Source: the human T2T-CHM13v2.0 reference genome, Homo sapiens. From it: a stretch of DNA of 64,000 nt. This document shows positions 27,636 through 41,571 of this stretch, piece by piece. The position numbers and the translations under genes are program-made. Below the pieces are notes generated by a model. It saw nothing but the letters and a program-made list of their open reading frames with translations, made no database searches and had not been told where the DNA came from. Each line of letters starts with the position of its first letter. The first letter of the stretch is position 1. The stretch is taken from NCBI RefSeq assembly GCF_009914755.1, contig NC_060928.1. The stretch is one strand, 5' to 3'.

Positions 27636-28159
27636 ATGGGTAGTTGTGAGGATTACACAAGGAGCACATGCCAAGTGCCTGGAACAGTCATTGGCAGAGA
27701 AGACACACTCAGTAGGGCTCAGCTCTGCTGGCCATGGCCCAGCCACAGCCATCCCAGTTATAATGGGCGTTTGGGTAGAGTGTCCATCGACAGGAGCTGC
27801 AGAATTTCCCCTTTCACATTAATGCTTCCTGTCCCATTTGTCAGGGTGAAGTCAAGGTCCCAGAGGGTTGAGGACCCTGGGAGCTTCACAAGCTTCAAAG
27901 TTGGAGGAGGCCGTGTTCAGCCCTTATGTAAGGTCTTTCATTTTTTCATATTTTCAGTAACCCTTTTCTGAATAGCAGCCTGGCCCTGCTCAGAGGGCTG
28001 GTGCTCTCCTGGTCCCTCTGCCTCTGTCTTCAGGTGGCCTTCTCCTCTGTGTGTACCTGGTCTCCTGGCAGCAGGGAGTAAATGGACAATGTCAAGCTGT
28101 ACAGTATCAGGACATAGGAAAGCAGGGAGGTGCACGGGGTCAGAGGAGGTCTTTAAGTA

Positions 28160-28945
28160 GCACAGACTGGATGGCTTTAATCAACAGAAGTGTATTCTTT
28201 TACAGTTCAGGAGGGGAGGCCAGAAGTCCAATATCAAGATGTTGGTACAATTGGTTCTCCTGGAAGCTCTGAGAGAGAAGTCCCCTGCCTCTCTCCCAGT
28301 TTCCAGTGGTCTCAGGCAATCTGTGCTATGCCATGGGCTGGTAGATGTGTCACTCCACACGCTACCTCTGTCCTTATGTGGCCTTCTCTGTGTCTACCTG
28401 TGTCTCTTTTCTATCTTTTTTTTTTTTTTTTTTTGAGACGGAATCTCACTCTGTTGCCCACGCTGGAGTGCAATGGTGCGATCTCGGCTCACTCTGCCTC
28501 CTAGGTTCACACCATTCTCCTGCCTTGGCCTCCAGAGTAGCTGGGACTACAGGCACCCGCCACCACACCTGGCTAATTTTTTTGTATTTTTAGTAGAGAT
28601 GGGGTTTCACCATGTTAGCCAGGATGGTCTCGATCTCCTTAACCTCATGATCTACCTGCCTTGGCCTCCTAAAGTGCTGGAATTACAGGTGTGAGCCACG
28701 GTGCCTGGCCTGTTTTCTCTCTTCATATAAAGACACCAGTCACTGGATTTAGGGCTCAGCCTAATCCAGGACAACTTCTGTTAACTTAGATGCAAGACAG
28801 AACTACCTTACTAGCCAAGTAACAGTTTTCTGGCAAAGACGCTATTTGCTGGCACATATAGACACACACTTTCCTGCAAAGACAGTATTTCTAAATAAGA
28901 TCACATTCTTAGGTACCTGGGTAGACATGAATTTTGCAACCCTTG
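28160..28945 (-). mobile_element. MLT1B/C LTR split by an Alu
   Basis: cacagactggatggcttt...caacagaa ... ataaagacaccagtcactggatttagggc ... gacatgaatttt. Confidence 0.7.
28416..28710 (-). mobile_element. AluY/Sc-like
   Basis: Poly-T tail; ttcacaccattctcc; gttagccaggatggtctcgatctcc. Confidence 0.95.
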
Positions 28946-29605
28946 ACAATATCCCAGGAGAAGATTGCAACTGAGCTGTATCCTGAAACCTGGGTCAGAG
29001 TTCAGTAGGGAAAAGGATGTGGCATCCAGAGATAAGGCCAGGGAAAGACCGAGGCACCCAGAGCACCCAAGATGGTCTGGCCTGGCTGGGCCACAGGGTG
29101 CAGAGGTCAAGCCTACTGGCCAGATCAGGAAATGCCTGAAGGCCTTTGGAATCTGGCCATTGGATCAGTGCTTTCTAAACACTTGACCACGAATGGGCCT
29201 GGGACACGTGACAACTGTGCTTCCATCTAAAATTGTGTCTTTGTGACTCTTCTGGGCTAGAATGGCTCCCTCTGCCTCCCCTCTCATGCATGTATGATGG
29301 TAGCACTTGGCGGTTATCATTAATGACCTTAGTTGTCAGATTTTAAAGTGGACAAGCACATCTCAGTGTTCACTTTTCATCTCTGAGATTATATTGGAAC
29401 ATCAAATCTGGAGTCTCGCACCAGCACCATAGGCACCACAGGGCCATTAGGAGGATTTATGTAGAGAAGGGACAGGGTCAGATTTGTGCTTTGTAAGGAT
29501 ATTTGAATCATATTAAAAAAGAAATGCAATCTTGCATGTGGATGGTGTAATAAATGATAAGTTTCCTGAAATGTGAATAACATAATTTTTTAAAATCAAA
29601 TCAGA

Positions 29606-29900
29606 ACAAGCATGATGGCTCACGCCTGTAATCCCAACACTTTGGGAGGCCGAGGCGGGTGGATCACTTGAGGTCAGGAGTTTGAGACCAGCATGGTGAT
29701 ACGCCGTCTCTACTAAAAATACAAAATTTAGTCAGGTGTGGTGGTGCACGCCTGTAATCCCAGCTACTTAGGAAGCTGAGGCATGAGAATCACTGGAATT
29801 CGGGAGGCGGAGGTTGTAATGAGCCAAGATCATGCCATTGCAGTCCAGCCTGGGTGACAAAGCGAGACTCCATCTCAAAAAATAATAATTAATTAATTTA
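29606..29900 (+). mobile_element. AluS (Sx/Sz-like)
   Basis: Sense Alu with TSD AAAATCAAATCAGA at 29592-29605 and 29901-29914. Confidence 0.95.
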
Positions 29901-30845
29901 AAAATCAAATCAGATCTTTATTATAAGCATGTTCCTCAGATTATTACTGCCTACTTTAGAATTCTGGGAACCCCAATTTATTCCTAATTTATTTTTTTTC
30001 ATTTCCCCACCCACAGAGAGAGAACATTGATCTAGAGACCAACATGAGAGTAGGTCTTACCTCTACCGGTGTTTGACCTTTGACAAATCACAAGGAGGAA
30101 CCAGACATACCACTGACCCTCTGTAAATAGTTCTCTCTTTATCAGTAAAATAGGAGTAGCAATACCTATCTCTAAGAGTTGTGTCAAGATAATGACATAT
30201 GGAGTGCCTCCCCAGCACCTGGTAACAAATAGCCACACTGCACATGGCTAAATCCACATAACACACTTCAGATTGTCCCTGACACACAACCAACACTCAA
30301 TAAAGTTTAGCTGTTAATACTGTCAGGACTGCTATTAACACTGAAGCACCGTGTTGGGGGCTGCTGTTTGTACTTGGTCCCCATGTCCACAGGAAGCAGG
30401 AGACAGAAGGGAGAAAGAAGTAATGTTTAATGAGTAGAGATGATGTGTTGTCATTTCTTAATTGTCACTCAGTTTCTAGGAGAATGATCCATGCCAATAC
30501 AATGACAGATTCTAAGCATCCTATCCCACATCAGCTTGCTGATGGATGGGTGCCAAGTCCCATTCAAGTTGGCTAAGGCATAGGTCAACAGCCAAGGTGA
30601 AGCCCTCCCATTCCTCCCCAACCCCCAGTAAATGCCTTTGGTCATCCTTCCCTAGTGCCTGTTCTGTTGGCTCAACCTCCTACTGAAATGTCTTTGCCCC
30701 ACTCTGTTATTATTCATAATCGCACCTTTCCATGTGCCTGGCCCTGTGCTGGTTGCTGTCATAAGAACCATCTCATCCAATCCTCACTGTAGCCATTAGA
30801 GAGGGCATTATTATCCAACTTATAAGTGAGGAAGCTAATGTTCAT

Positions 30846-31255
30846 TGTCTTAGTCCATTCTCATGTTGTTATAAAGAAATACTGGAGACTGTTGTTTATA
30901 AAGAAAAGAGGTTTCATTGACTCATGGTTCTGAAGGCAGTACAGGAAGCATGGCAGCATCTGCTTGGATTCTTGGGAGGCCTCAGGAAACTTACGATGGT
31001 GGCAAAAGGCAAAGTGGAAGCAGGCATGTCTTACATGGCGGGAGCAGGAGCAAGAGAGACAGTGGGGGAGGTGCTACACACTTTTAAACAACCACAACTC
31101 ACTATCATGACAATAGCACCAAGAGGATGGTGCTAAACCATTCAGGAGAAACCACCCCCATGATCCAATCACCTCCTACCAGGCCCCTCCTCCAACACTG
31201 GGGATTACAATTTGACATGAGATTTGGGCGGGAACACAGATCCAAACCCTATCAC
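30846..31255 (-). mobile_element. MST (A/B) solo LTR
   Basis: tgtcttagtccattctc...ataaagaaata ... cccatgatccaatcacctcctaccaggccc ... atccaaaccctatca. Confidence 0.88.
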
Positions 31256-32277
31256 TCACCCAGGGCAGCGTTCTCCTGTCTGCATGGCCAGCAAGAGGCA
31301 GACTCAGGACTGGATCTCAAGTCTCTCTTCTCTGTCCTTTGCTACCTCCCTCTCCCTCTTGCATGCATATGGATAGCATATTCCCTTCACTAGTTGTAAA
31401 ATAGCCGCAGATTTTTACTTCGCTTAGTCTAGCTTTCCCCTCCAGGTTTTTGTATTTCTCTTTACTGCTGCATAAGATTGCCAGCATAGAATATTGAGAA
31501 GCCCCCTGCCAAAAGACACATGCAGAAACATCCTGGTGGCCCTGCTTTGCAGTCTGTGCATGGGTACCTCTGGATCAGAGCCATTTCTATGCTGTTTTTT
31601 AAAATATCCCAGCTGACATTTTATGCTTTGTTTTATTTGAGGGCTGGGGAATAATTCAAGAGCAGCACCGGGTTTTATAGCCCTGCATGCGTACTTTCCA
31701 TCAAAGTGTCATTTTGCCCAACTCTGAAATTATGGGTCTGTCCTCAGGAAACATCGTCACCGCCTTCCCATCCATGCAATGCTCCTGATGCCCTTTCTGA
31801 ACGTTCAAACCCGTTTTCAACAGGATGACGCGCTGGAGCTGAGATACGATCAATGTGAAAAATAGAGCTGGAGGAAACGGTCCTGAAACTGGCTAAACTA
31901 AAGGCTCTGCTAAGATGCTTTACCCATAAAATGCTATTCTTATTAAATCCCAAGTGATTCAGATTCTCCATCTCCTCCACGCTGCTTTGCAGGCATCTGC
32001 CCAGCAGTCTCCTGTGAAAGAGACCTAATTTGCTAAAGGCTCAAGAATCTGCCAGTCTGCCTCTGAGTTCTCCCTAGCTCCTTTTGAAAGAGCAATGACA
32101 GTCCCATCACTGTGACTTATTTCAGCACTTCTTCCACACTGCACTGGGACTGTGTGAAGTGCTGAACAAATGTCATCTCATTGTACACTCAGCAACAGTG
32201 AGATGGCTGTTGCTGTTCCCATTTCCCAAATGAGGAAAACAAGGCTGAGAGTAAGTGGCCCAAGATCATATAGCTAG

Positions 32278-32790
32278 AGAATTAGTTTTCTATTGTTGTG
32301 AAACTAATTACCACTAACTTAACAACTTAAAATAACTCACATTTATTTTCCCTCCATTTCCGTGGCCCAGGAGTCCAGGTGGGCTTAACTGGATCATCTG
32401 CATAGGATCTCACAAAACTACAATCCACATGCCCACCGGGCTGCACTCCTTTCTGGAACATGGGGTGGGGTTCTCTCCCAGGCTCTTGTGGTTGTTGGCA
32501 GATTTCAGCTCTTATGGCTGCAGGACTGGGGTCCCGTTTTCTTGCTACATATAGGCCAGCGGTCACTCTTCCTCCCAGAGACAGCTACATTCCCCACCGT
32601 GTGGCTGGCTCCACACAGCAGCTCATGTCTTGAGCTCTCACTCCAGTCTGCCAAGACAGAGTCATATAATGTAACATAATCCCGGGACTGCCATCCCACC
32701 AAGTTTGCCCTGTAACATAACTGAATTAAGGGGGTGACACCCATCACCTTTGTCAGCTTCCATGGCTAGGACCACGTCACAGGTGAGATC
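32278..32790 (-). mobile_element. MLT1E/F-like LTR
   Basis: attagttttctattgttgtg..actaattaccac..acttaacaacttaaaataac.cacatttatt ... gttgttggcagatttcag. Confidence 0.7.
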
Positions 32791-33523
32791 ATTTATTCTC
32801 TCATCCTCCTACTTCCTCATCTGCAAAATGAGAACTTGCTCACTACATGATGCACAGCTGGCCTTTTCTTGCTATTCAGATGTCAACCCAATGTCACCAC
32901 TTCTTAAAGGTCTTCCTGACCATCTACCAAAACTAGGGTCCCTCTATTAGTCTTTTTTCTAGACTCTGGTTTGCCTTCTTCACCTGCCACAACTTACAAT
33001 CCTGCCATTGATTCATGTGCCTTCTGGTGTGCCTCTCTTCCTAGAATGCAAGCTCCATTCAGTTGGGTCTGTCTTGTTCACGACGTGTCCTTCATGACCG
33101 CAAAGGGGACACCCCCGTAAATGCTTGAGATTCCACTCTGTGCTAAGAGCCAACACAGAAGCAATGTGTGTTATGTATCAGGTATTTAATCCACACAGCA
33201 AAGGAAACTGAAGCAGAGGCAGAGATCATGCAGGTAGTCAAAAGTGAGACTGGAGTTGGAACACAGACTGTCTAGATCATGGGCTGAATTCTCCCAAACA
33301 GAACAGCCCCTTTCCTTGGCTCTGTGGGGTCTAGGGACCAAGGTGGCCACATCCGTGCCCCATTCTGTTCTCAGGATATGAGACAATGTGCGCCGGTGCA
33401 ATGTGGATGTGGGGGCGTGGCCAGGCCCTGGGCTTGTCCAAGGCCATGCTGTCATTAATGGGGCCCTAGCTGCCCTTTGAGGTTTGCCCTCAACTCTATC
33501 AGCTCTCCTTCCACCGTGCCAGT

Positions 33524-33970
33524 TGTGTTAGCTTCCGGGGACTGCCACAGCAAATTACTGCAAAATCGGTGGCTTAAAACAATACAAATTTATTCTCTCA
33601 TAATTCCGGCCAGAAGTCCAAAATCAAAGAGGAGTCATGGCTGTGCTTCCTCTGGAGGTTCAGGAGAGAATCCGCCCCTGGCCTGTTCCAGCTCCAGGTG
33701 GCTCCAGGCGTTTCTGGTTCATGGCTGCATCACTCCAGTATCTGCTTCCATCTCCCCATGGCCTTCTTCTCTCCTGTGCCTGCATCCAAATCCCTCCCCC
33801 TACTTTCCTCCTATAAAGACATGAGTCTTTAGAGTCCTCCCTAAATCCAGGATGATTCATCTTGAGATCCTTAAGTAATTACCTCTGCAAAGACTCCATT
33901 TCCATATAGGGTCCCATTCTGAAGTTCTGGGTGGACATGAATTTTGAAGGGACACCATTCAACCCAGTAC
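33524..33970 (-). mobile_element. MLT1C LTR
   Basis: tgtgttagcttcc.gggactgcc...caaattac ... ggctgcatcactccagtatctgc ... cattcaaccc. Confidence 0.85.
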
Positions 33971-35002
33971 GCCAGATCACATCTTCTTGGGTCTGTCACC
34001 CCACCCTCACCTCACCTGTGTCCTGACTCTAACTCTATCTTTAGGCTGTGGCCCTTGTAGGCATTTTGTAGCTCACATTCCCTGGGCCACAGCCATCTCC
34101 TCCCTGGTCCCCACACCACACATTAAATCATCTCAGTCCCGGTGATACCTTAAGAGATAAGCTTGAACATTTGCTGCTGTGTTTTCATTCTTGACATGTA
34201 TTTTATTATCTCTTTTCTCATCTTTTGTTGAGAAACCCTGCTGGGAGCCACCCTGGGCAGGGACCAAGCATTTGCTGACTTCATCCGCACTTGACTCTAG
34301 GTCTTCTGCCTTTTGTTTTAATTTTATAAGTTCTCAAGTTCATCCCTCCCATGTGGCTCCCTACGGGTCTCTGCGGTAATCTCTTTGTTCACAGTGGAGG
34401 CTTTGTGACCTCGGCAGCAGGGGCCCACGTACTCAATGCTCCTCGGTACTCATGGGTTTGAAAAGTCACAATGAAAATAAAAATTTAAATGTATAGGTTG
34501 AGCGCTTCTTTCATCCCCAAACCCGTAGATATTGCATTGCATTACTACAAATTACCACAGTGTGTTTTCAGGTAGAATTAATATTTGATAAACTCAGGAG
34601 CAGTTGCTCTTTATTTTGAAGAAAGCTATCATTAGTCTCAGTAGATTTGACATTAGTTATAAATGAGTGAAAATTTATGCATTTGTAAAATCTATGGTTT
34701 TAATGCAGAGCTTCGCCAAGTGTGTACACGTCAATAATAAGTAAGCTGGGGTTGAAGTTGTTCTTCTCTCACTTTCATTCCTCCATCCTTATACTCAGTG
34801 GTGTTTCACGTGTGTCTACCACTGTGTCGGGCACTGTGCTAGGTACAGGCATGTGGACGTAAAGAAAGCAAAGCCTCAGCCTTCAGAATGTTTCACTTGG
34901 AATTGAGAGGCCTTTTGCTATAATGGTGATGTAGAGAAGACCTTTCCAGAAACTCCTCTGCCCAGATTTTGTCCCATGTGGGTCACTATGTTACCCTTAA
35001 AA

Positions 35003-35232
35003 GAGGTCAGCAAACTTTCTCCATAAAGGGCAGATAATCAACATTTTAGGCTTTGACGACCACATTAATCTCTGTTGCGTGCTCCTCTGTGTGTCTGTGG
35101 GTGTGTGTACGTGTATATGTTGTTTTGTTTTTACAGTGCTTTAAAGATGTTAAAGTGATTCTTAGCTCCCAGGCCATACAAAAACTGGCCCAGGGCTGGA
35201 TTTGGCCAAGAGCCGTAGTTTGCCCATCTCTG
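35003..35232. mobile_element. MER58B-like MITE
   Basis: aggtcagcaaactttctccataaagggcagata ... ggctggatttggcc...gccgtagtttgccc. Confidence 0.75.
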
Positions 35233-35657
35233 ACCATGACAACTTCCAAACCCTCATTGAGCTCGAGTGGATGCCATGACACCTGCAGGGAACCCTGGTG
35301 GGATGGCTCAGCTACCTCAAGGTGGGCAGGTGCTTCCCCTTGCTGGTGCTGATCACATGCTTAGTGAGCAGTCACTGCTGTTACCATTACAGCTGGAGCT
35401 GAGAGGCTAAAAATTAAGAATATTCAGGAAAAAATATTCAAACAATCTACTTGCACTTCCAGGAAAGAGAAGAGGCGATAAGAACACAGGTGTCCCATTA
35501 TCTTACCAATTATTCTCCCACTCCATGTCTGAGGCTTCAGGTCAGGGAGAGGTGAGCAGCCTGGGTGTTCCAGCATTTGTCCTGATGTGGTGCTTGTCTA
35601 TGTGCTCATCTGTGGGCTCAGGAACCACATTGCCAGCTTCTTTGTTTTCTTTTACAG

Positions 35658-35695
35658 AGACATCAAGCCAGACAATATCCTGCTGGATGAACACG
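35658..35695 (+). CDS. STK32B: 38-nt internal coding exon (probably exon 5) of Ser/Thr kinase 32B; catalytic loop (HR)DIKPDNILLDEH
   Basis: Polypyrimidine tract and acceptor (tttgttttcttttacag, AG at 35656-57), donor gtaagc at 35696. Reads A GAC ATC AAG CCA GAC AAT ATC CTG CTG GAT GAA CAC G, kinase subdomain VIb. Phase 2 to phase 1. The exon number is recalled, not visible in the window. Confidence 0.95.
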
Positions 35696-36184
35696 GTAAG
35701 CCTGCTACTAATCCTTTACAGGGACTCTCAGTGGAAAGTTTGAGGCACTGGGAAATAGTGCGGGGGTGGGGGTTGGGTCTTGCTGAGTTGGACATTAGCA
35801 TTGGCTAGAAACCTTCTCTTGTTTCAATCCTGGTGGATCAACATCTGTGTAAATTTCTGGTCCATGTCCTGCCGTGGTAAGTTGAATCAAAGTTATTTAA
35901 ACTGTTCGCATCTGAAGTCATTGCTGTTCATATCCCCGTGTGAGGAGGACAGGGCCGCCGTGAGGATGAGCCCGGGGTTCCAACCCCAACTCCCTCACCT
36001 ATGAACGTGTGGCTTCAGAAGTCACCCACCTCTCTGAGCCTCAGTGTAATTTTCTGTAAACTGGGGAGAAGGCACCTCCCTTGCAGGGTGTTCATGAGGG
36101 TGAAATGAGAGTACACACTCATTTCTAGCAAGCAGAGCTTAATACTTGATAATCCACTAAGCATTTACTCATCTATCGGCTATG

Positions 36185-36520
36185 TCAGGCTTCTCAAAAT
36201 TTCCTTTATGTGCACACAGATCTCCTAGGCATCTTCTCAAACTGATTTAGTAAGTCTGAGATGGGACTAGACTCTGCAAAGTCCAGAGTCTGCAAAGCTC
36301 CCAGGTGGCTGATGCTGCTGGTCCATGGACCACACCTTGAGTAGCAAGGCACCAAGTCAGTGGCTCTCCAACTCTGGCCTTACCAGAATTACCTGGGGGA
36401 CCTGGTAAAAATCAGAGGTCAGGCCCGGTCCTGCTTCAGCAAGCCTGGGCTCCTGTGTTCTGGATCCTGTGTCCTGTGTTGGGATGGAATGCCCACAAAG
36501 TTTAAGAACCATGAGCCTAG
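36185..36520. mobile_element. Two adjacent MER5-type (hAT-Charlie) MITEs
   Basis: cttctcaaa...aagctcccaggtg...gatgctgctggtccatggaccacaccttgagtagca and cagtggctctcca...agaattacctgggg...aaagtttaagaacca. Confidence 0.65.
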
Positions 36521-39204
36521 GGCTCAGATCAAGAATGCTCAGTGGACTTGACAATCAATTGTGGCTGATGCCAACAGGAGACTTACAGCCTTCAAAACTA
36601 AATTCACTGGCATTGCTTCAGGGGCCCGTCTCTCAGGGCCTAACATGGGGTTGGCTGGAGGGAGCAGGTGCGAATTCTTCTGAAGTAGGGATTCTCATCC
36701 CTGCTGAGGCCTTCAGGGATGAATGAGTCACATTTTCTACGCAGCTCCCCCACCCTCCTTCCCCACCTCTGCAGGCTGAGGTCATGGTTCTATCTCAGAG
36801 CTCCTCTCGAACCTTCCATGAGCCAGCAGCATAGCTTGGGGCATCCTAACCTCATAGTGTGCATCCCTATGTACAGGAGTGGTGGATGGGACCATTTGCA
36901 TCTCTGCATCAGATGCTGGAACCAGACTAAGTGCTTTGGGGGCAGTAGGATTGAACTCACTGTGCTCCTGAATGGAAGGTCAGCAGCAGCCCCAAGATGC
37001 CTGGGGCATGGACAGAGCTGAGGATCCAAATCAAGGCTGGAAAGGAAGCAAAAGCAACGTCTCCAGTTTGTATCTAAAAGTCAGGATCTTCAGATGTGGC
37101 ACTCAGCTGAGCCCCCAGCCAGCTGAATGTCCTTGGGCCAGTGGCTGTACCTCCGTGTCTCAGCCTTCCCAGCAGCGATGCAGAAGTAATTGACCCACCT
37201 TGCAGGGTGGTGAATGTCTCATCTCGGGTGAGACTCGAAGGTCAGCCACCCATCACAGTATGCAAGCGCTCGGGAAGGGGTAGATAACTCGCCCTCTTCC
37301 TGTCCCCTTTCTCTGCTCAGGGCCAGGCAAGGTCAAATCACAGAAGCAGGGTAAAGAGGTGAGAAAACACAGAGGCTGGTTCTGCTTAGCTGTCTGGAAA
37401 GCAGGGGTCTGGAAGGCTGGGTTCCAGGCAGCATCCTCAAGGCTCTGTCCTATTAAGAGAGACCGCTAGGGGGAGACTTCCTGGCCCTGCAAAGCGGTCC
37501 AGAAGCAAAATTCAGACAGAAACATCAATAGCAATAAGCTAGCCATTGCACTGATGAGGAAAAGTGACACAGAGAGTATGGGGGTAACCCAGGACTGCCT
37601 GGCTTCATAGTTCTGGCTCCATCCTCACAGACCTTGGCCACAGCTCCCCTGAAGCTGCTGCACAAAAGATATAGGCAGGCGGGCTGCTCCCAGGCAGCCT
37701 CCCCTAGGTTTTCTCTTTCCTGCCTTTTGGATTTCCATCCATCCCATTCCGCCTCCCTTTCTGTACCCATTCTCAGCCTCCACCTCAGCCTTCCCCACAT
37801 TCTTTCTGCATCTCGTTCTGCCCCCTTGAGCTCCTCATCTTTTTCCACCCCCTGCTTGGCCTTCACAGTGTCCCAGCCCTGCCTTCTGGCTATGCAGCAC
37901 CCCACACACTCCCCAAGTGCCCCTGCATCCAGTCTTCTCCCTCTCCAGCCTCCCATTTCATCGAAAAGTCTCTGCTAGCTGGTGGGACAGAGCGTTGAAT
38001 ATAATATTTCATACTGTGAGGTGAATGGCTGATAACCCTTCCCCACTCCAACACTCAATGAGTGGCTTTGCAGGTGGTACAGAAAAGAAATTTAGGAGCA
38101 GGGAATTCCGCTCAGAAAAAGAAGAGTCTCCTTTCTGGGGAGAGAAGAGAAAGAGAGAATTCTATGCCCATGGCCCTCCTTTACCTGCTCTTCTGAGGGG
38201 AGCTGATCGGCTTTTTGAGCAGAGCCTGAAGCTGGCCATTCTTGCCTTTGTCTTTCCCTCAGTAAACATCTCTTGAGCACCTGCTGTGTGCCAAGTTCTG
38301 GTTAACAGAATGATGAACAAGGCAAACAGGGTCCCAACGCTGATGGGTTTCATGGTGTTGGGGAGAGTGTGGGGAAGCTCAGGAGAGGTCGGGCAGAGGG
38401 GAGAGGGAAAGGTGTGTGCGGGGTTGTCTTAGAGGCAGCCGCATGACAGTGGGATCCTGAAGGCATGACAAGGCCAAACAGAGGAAGGTGCCTGGATGGA
38501 CAGGTGGTAGAGACAGTGGGGCAGAACTGCAGAAACAAGAGGGGAATGGCTGTTTGAGGAATACAACAGCAGTTTATTTTGTAGGTTTATAACATTTAAA
38601 ATTAATCTTATGCCTTCAAAACCTTCACTGTGAAACATGACCTAGCCATAAGATGAGCAGGACAGTATGTGTTCCTAAATGAGTCCTAAGGGCACCCCAT
38701 TCGTGCTGGCATCTACTTGCACCTTTTGTAAACTGCATGACAAAACCTTTTACAAACCAATAACTGTGTATTGCTATTTCAAGAGTTCCATCATTGGTTG
38801 CATTGAATACTTTCTCAGAGAACAAGTTGGTCAGTTGTGTTTCAAATGAAATATAAACATAATTAAACAAATGCATTAATATTTTATTAATGATGTCCAA
38901 AATCTGCTAGTTACACAAAATCCAAGCATCTCTCACAAGCTTCTCTGCTCCCCTAGTGTCTGCCTTACTTTCTGATCTTTCAGGGTTTTATGTCTTGGAA
39001 TGGACACTTTCATTCTGCTCTGAGATTTGAGGTCTCTGAGCCAGCTGCAAAAGCAGAGAGATACCACGCATTGAGGTAAAATAGAGTGAAAGAAGATACA
39101 GCATCTCAGAACAAGGCAGGGAAAAGAGCTGAGTGCATTTTAGGCTGAGGATCATAAGATCAAGACAATGGGGAATTTAAAGACATAGAGGGAGGGGGGA
39201 AGCA

Positions 39205-39720
39205 ATTGTATTGATTTTCTATTGGTACAATAAAGCTGGGTAATGAACCACATAACTTAAATCGCATAAACAAAAAACATCCCGTTAGCTCACAGCATCC
39301 TGGGGTTGAGGGACTCTAGGCTGGGCTTGGCTGATCTTGGCTGGGCTTGCTCCTAAGACCAAGGTTGGGTAGGCAGGACTGTTGATGTTGGCTAAACCCA
39401 CTCCAATGTCTGAGGCTCAACTGGCTGTCAGCCGATCCCCTCTGGCCTTGGCTGGCTGGCCGGGTGACTCAGCCCTGCTCCTTGAGCTTATCCCCTGCAA
39501 GTTCATCTGCATGGTCTGCTCATGGCCATAGCAGGAGCAAGAGCAGGAGAGCCCAGCCACTCAAGCCTCCACCTGTGTCGTGTTTGCCACCAATGCAGGA
39601 GACAAAGCGAGTCACTTGGCCAAACCTAGAGTCAGAGAGACTAGACATTGCAAAGGCACATGGCAATGGGGTGATCCAGAGAGGGGTGAACAATTGAGGC
39701 CATTAATGCAGTTGCCTAAC
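39205..39720 (-). mobile_element. Old MLT1 (H/I/J-like) LTR
   Basis: tgtattgattttctattg ... ggctgggcttggctgatcttggctgggcttgctc ... aagcgagtcacttggccaaacc. Confidence 0.6.
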
Positions 39721-40485
39721 AGGAGGGTGATGGAAGAGGCCAGTGGAAATGGAATGGATGGAGCCACAGGCACAGGCCGGTGGGTTAGTGCTTTCCACAT
39801 GGGAGGTGGACTTCCCCAAAGGTGGGCAAGGAGAGAAGAGTGAGAGACAGAAGGAAAGAGGCTGTATTTTGCACTTAAGTGCCACTGAGGGCCCTGGTTC
39901 AAAGGTCATTTATGATGACCATAAAGAATGTAGTCTTCGTCCTCTTTGGGAAGTGGTTCGCTTGTTGCACACCTGCCATGGCCAGGCATTGTGTCCAGTG
40001 ACCACAGAAGGCAGAGTCCCTGTGGCCGAGGAACTCATGGTCTGGGGTGACTGTTCTCTGTCCTGGTGGCACATCACCTGGGTCCTAAGACCCCACCTTG
40101 AGAAGCTCTCATTTGATTCCTCTTACAGGACAGAGTGCTGAGTAGTGGGATCTTTTACAGTTCCCAGGTGGATCTAATCTGCAGCCAAGGCTGTGGGAGG
40201 AGTGGAAATGTAAACAATTGATGATGACCCGTTGGGGTCAAGGCCAGGACAGAGCAAGCATGGGGCTGTGGGGCAGCAGAAGGTGGCTGAGGCCAGGAGA
40301 GTAGTGCAGGAGGGCTTCCTGGAGGAAGGGACATGTACATTGGATTCTGAAGCATGCCGGAGGTCAGTAGGCATTCCAGAGGTACACACTCATTTCTTGT
40401 GGCCGTGGGATGGGTACAGTGGGATTCAGAAACCTGACCTGGATCTTCAGCAGCTGGCAATGCAGCAGCCGCGTGGTCAGAGTGG

Positions 40486-41045
40486 ATTTGTTTTCTTTAT
40501 TTAATATTCCATTTCTTGTATTTTCTGTATTCTGAAGCTTTGGCCTCTGGAGCCTTGCTAAGCTGATGGACTGCCCTGCCCAGGGCTGGCCAATCCTAGG
40601 GCTGGTAAACAACCTGCCCCAAGGCACACTTTTCAGATGCCAACCAACCAATCCAGAGCCATACCCCCAACACCTCCTTTATCCGCTCTCCTAGGAATTT
40701 TATGTTCCAGGCCCCTCCTCACTTCCTCTAATTCCCCTAGGTACCAGACAACTAGAGACAGCCCCTAAAACCCAGAGCACACTGAAATTACTCAGACCAG
40801 TCAATCATAAGTCTGCTAACCTTGCCTCACCCATTCCTTCCCATGGAAACCACAATAAAGGCTCTGGCCCACATTTCCCCACTCCCCATCCTCCTGAGCG
40901 GCCCTGATGCTTCCCTGTCTCCCCTGCCCATGACATAGCCTGCGCCCTATTCTTGGGAACTGTAACAAACTATCAGTCATCTCCTGATCTGGTGGCCTTA
41001 TTGTACCTCACATTTTCTATTAATACACTGTATTTTATAACACTC
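40486..41045 (+). mobile_element. MER74-type solo LTR (ERVL)
   Basis: tgtattctgaagctttggcctctggagccttgct ... ccaaccaatccagagccatacccccaacacctcc ... ggaaaccacaataaaggctct. Confidence 0.7.
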
Positions 41046-41571
41046 ATTAACTGAACTCGTTTCAAAGAATTGCCTTTCCATCTGTTGCTAACATATTTGT
41101 TGATAAATGTGATGAGTGCTCCCCAAAATGGCCATGGCCATCCATGTCAGCACCCACTTTTCTCTTGTCAAAGCATTGTATGTGCTACCCCCAGCATGCC
41201 AGGAGGAAGAGACTCCAGGAAATTAAAAAATTAGGCATGTACTGCTTGTGAAGCATCAGATTTGGGGACTGTAGCAGTTGAGAAGGAAGGGAGAGGAAGC
41301 CACTCATACAAGATGGAAGACTGAGATGTTTCTGTTAAGCCTGAGGAGCCAGTGGTGGATGTCTTGGAACCATATGGGTCCCAAGACTGTAAGGATAAGT
41401 ACATAGTAATGCACTTTAAAGCTGTTCTACGTGTCCTGGGGAAGATTGTAGTGAGATTCTTTCCAGCGAGCTGCCAGAAATGGGGTTTCTGCTGCAGCAC
41501 TGTGCCAGGGGAGGGTATTAAAGTCCTACAGACATGGTATGTGAGACACTGAGGACACCAGCAAATGGCCC

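Noticed and set aside
35587-35808. 73-aa ORF containing RDIKPDNILLDEHG as a stand-alone gene
   Set aside because: Only 38 nt are exonic, bounded by canonical splice sites. The rest is intron read-through.
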